DNA from: Coleofasciculus sp. B1-GNL1-01 | GTDB lineage: Bacteria; Cyanobacteriota; Cyanobacteriia; Cyanobacteriales; Coleofasciculaceae | DNA: 64,000 bases | Strand: one strand, 5' to 3' | Assembly: GCA_040220235.1 (NCBI GenBank) | Contig: JAVJTO010000094.1 | Part shown: piece by piece, positions 63,201 through 64,000 of the stretch | How the letters are laid out: every line of letters begins with the position of its first letter | Numbering within the stretch: position 1 is the first letter of the stretch | Made by a program: the position numbers and the translations under genes | The notes under the pieces: model-generated | What the model was told of the DNA's origin: nothing | Seen by the model: the letters and a program-made list of their open reading frames with translations, nothing else | Databases searched by the model: none

Positions 63201-63290
63201 TTGCCAATTACTGATGCTAACCCGGGTAATCCTGACTTATCTCATCCCTATTACTGGTCAGCATTTAGTATTGTTGGTAATCCGTGGTAA
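57291..63290 (+). CDS. Filamentous haemagglutinin (TPS) domain / 7x FG-GAP propeller / beta-helix / CHAT domain protein
   Basis: Signal peptide after ATG 57291 (ORF open from 57177), NLFHSF, NPAGI, seven FG.SVA...VGAPG repeats, and CHAT motifs HLATHA, LSACRT and HPYYWS. Confidence 0.92.
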   Translation: MINSAMKGAILLLATLPFLGVTSIQPTQATSIPLKVDKTDVPIVPQFKPSSLLTNTSVTQNTFAKDSIVTKEATQINPPSLIMAQSVTGAGDELGTTVEQDGNQFNIDGGTLSGDRENLFHSFQDFGLSAGEIANFISNPEIRNILGRVVSGEASIINGLIQVTGGNSNLFLMNPAGIVFGANASLNVPASFTATTATGIGFAGDQWFNVFSENNYQTLIGNPNQFAFDLAQPATLINAGNLAVSEGHNLTLLAGNTINTGQLTAPGGTITMAAVPESNRVRISQPGQLLSLEIVPSTNENGEIEAIDPLDLPTLLTGTEESVETGLTVTDTGQVQLQESGITVPADAGVAIASGTLDVSHESPTVDSQSVNVFGNKVGVFDATINASGMYGGGTVRLGGDYQGQGTFNASQTLISENSLITADAGLQGTGGEVFAWADGVTGFYGTISARGGTEAGDGGFIEVSGKELLIFTGHADAGAFNGQPGALLLDPKNITIGDANSPLAIRFNPTTSSTENQFGYSVAALGSDVLVGDPGYDEGGQNDVGITYLFDGTTGEEIKQFLSPNSTANGRFGFAVAGMESDKVIVGAPGENNNNGRVYLFDRDGILQRSFDNPNSSIAEGNTQFGFGYSVAAVGSNVLVGSPGDDTQGTDTGAAYLFEGNTGTRLHDFFSPNPTGSPTNNGRFGYSVAGVDSNVLVGAPGDNIGVEGNIITGGAAYLFNSNSGDLIETFTSPNATDTGEFGISVAAMGSQILVGAPGDNLGQGVQGAAYWFNQDGELQNTFSSPNADNGQFGTSVAAVESAESALGFNVVVSAPGENATYLYEPLPDSDTGLLWQTFLKPSESPSNFGNAVAGVERNVVVGAPGGMNDEGEIYLFGSSFEFDDNPNQSVTIDVATITNITNTGTEIEFQANNDITVKKPITTNNQNGTGGSLKLRAGRSIFVNANITTDDGNLTLIANDSNAIDDFREDGKAFIEIEDGFALNSGNGDIYLQLDTGGERGDINVRGEIITENGDLVVEHNNSTGGNVNIGETATIKVVGDVDMNTSGGNILTSGNVATTNGEVSFATQGGDIEIQNGGNVSTNAGEINFASQGGNIEIQNGGDVSTNGDEIRFITQGGTIQVDPAFNLTGETFLSTGDGTGDILFNNRLDGTQNLTLTAGTGNVSFEGQVGSGTPLGNLTIASAGNVTAKDAIAASSFTHQSGTGTINLANLRDIQILDGDFSLNTTNTLTVGNITATDGKVELSANSSLTTENITTSGDTINLTSQGEEVTSGNLDSGGGNVGVSANSNLNTEDIITSGGTINLTSTQGEINSGNLDSGSGNVDATASNNLNTANITTSGGTINLTSTQGEVSSDNLNSGGGNVDASANSNLTTANITTSGGTINLTSKDEEINTGDLNSSAAIGGDITVNARISITTEAINSSGTEGDGGNVTLDPLEDITVNSINVQGGSNGQGGDVDITTQQFFQATGSFSDQNGIDASISTAGGNGGGDITIRHDGGARNVPFVVGDGSKNGTAQAITSGEFTIAPVQSFPESHTLGNIRIITTDPPTDPPTNPTDPPTNPTDLLIEFKRPLERPPTPNALDQEPIINADVYKIERFFTQAFEKQLGMEAEKILTLDEIRNRLRSIEVATGVKPAVIYGVFVPSSTKSEMELELMLVTADRDVITKRVSGAKQSDVLNTGQNFRQEILDGGFGYLDDAQQLYQWMVAPLETDLQETGIENLVFILDEGLRSLPIAAIHDGDNFIVERYSVSLMPSVSLTDTRYADIKTMPVLAMGASDFPDNPLLEQLPAAAAEVSILTNTLWRGQAFLNENFTVNNLKAKREEKPFGIIHLATHAEFEPGAPSNSYIQLWDTKVGMDEVRSLGWHDPAVELVVLSACRTALGDPSAELGFAGFAAKAGVKSVLASLWYIEDWGTLPMMAEFYNNLDDAPIKAEAWRRAQVAMIEGKVKYEDNQLILSDKAIALPITDANPGNPDLSHPYYWSAFSIVGNPW
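61941..62000 (+). repeat. Coding tandem repeat (TDPP/TNP) linker before the CHAT domain
   Basis: ACTGATCCTCCA / ACTAATCCA units. Confidence 0.85.
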
Positions 63291-63361
63291 AAGGCAGAGG
63301 TGCGGAGGAGAAGAGGTGAATTTTTCAATTAACCAATGACCAATGATATTTATCGGCGAAA

Positions 63362-63718
63362 ATGAGTATAGATAATCAGTTTGAGCCTCTTTTGAGCGGT
63401 GAAGTATTGTCGGTTGATGAATCAACACAACTTTTAATTGGAAATCGCACGTTCCGAGTGGATGAACTCGTAGAAGCGATACGGATGCAGTTTGAAGGGT
63501 TAGAGGGATGGAATCAAGACAAGGATGGTTGGTTTAGTGAAAAGGGTATTTCGGCTGAAGTTTTGAGATTTACTGCTAAAGGTTGGCAAAAAGGTACGGT
63601 GAGAATCAGTCTAGAATTTTGTCCTGAAGAAACTGAGACTCAGAAATCCCCAGCCTTAAATACAAGCGGGACATCACAAAAGCAAGAGGAACTGCCGATT
63701 GTGGGAATGATGGGCTAG
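63362..63718 (+). CDS. KGK domain protein
   Basis: WFSEKGISAEVLR...GWQKGTVRISLEFCPE. Confidence 0.85.
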   Translation: MSIDNQFEPLLSGEVLSVDESTQLLIGNRTFRVDELVEAIRMQFEGLEGWNQDKDGWFSEKGISAEVLRFTAKGWQKGTVRISLEFCPEETETQKSPALNTSGTSQKQEELPIVGMMG

Positions 63719-64000
63719 AGATGTAGGATGGGCATTGCCCGCTTCACGGTAACTTGGAGTTGATTACCATGGCGGCACAATGTCTTGTCCCAATCTCATC
63801 GTGCGAGGTTGGGGAGGGCGGGTTTTGTAGAAAGGTTATTGGTTTCTCTGTTAATTTTGCCCCTAAACCCGCCCCTACAGCTTGGTTCTTCCTACTTGAA
63901 CTCATTCATCTACAAACACACATCGCTTCATTACACTCATTACCTCTCCCGGATTTGCTGTTGGTGTCAGAGGACTCCATTCCGTTACATTGGCAAAGCC

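Overview
This is a 64 kb chromosomal window from a filamentous cyanobacterium. The assignment rests on abundant HIP1 octamers (GCGATCGC), ndhB, the guaB3-Yfr1-trxA arrangement, heptamer tandem repeats and many GTAG-type palindromic repeats; a Coleofasciculus/Microcoleus-like host is an inference. Housekeeping genes (ndhB, prs, bioD, guaB3, trxA, 5-formyl-THF cyclo-ligase, tRNA-Ser-TGA, tRNA-Cys-GCA, Yfr1 sRNA) are mixed with signalling genes, a TpsB transporter and two giant haemagglutinin-domain/CHAT protease genes, one flanked by DUF928 and KGK genes. Mobile-element debris includes IS607 and ISAs1 remnants, two IS200/IS605-type elements and MITEs. The most notable observations are: (1) a full-length TnpB whose RuvC-II catalytic Glu is replaced by an in-frame 30-nt palindromic mini-repeat, while its omega-RNA and right end look intact; (2) a nearby ORF-less IS200/IS605 derivative that keeps both end hairpins and an omega-RNA-like scaffold; (3) an ECF-like sigma factor followed by an unannotated protein with a PemK/MazF-like pattern, with a 26-bp direct repeat between them; (4) an AT-rich two-gene cassette of an EEP nuclease and a small partner, a defence or TA candidate; (5) two adjacent pseudo-enzymes, a signal peptidase I lacking its Ser/Lys dyad and an adenylate cyclase lacking Lys/Arg. 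No CRISPR array was seen. All family calls come from motif recognition by eye, not database searches.
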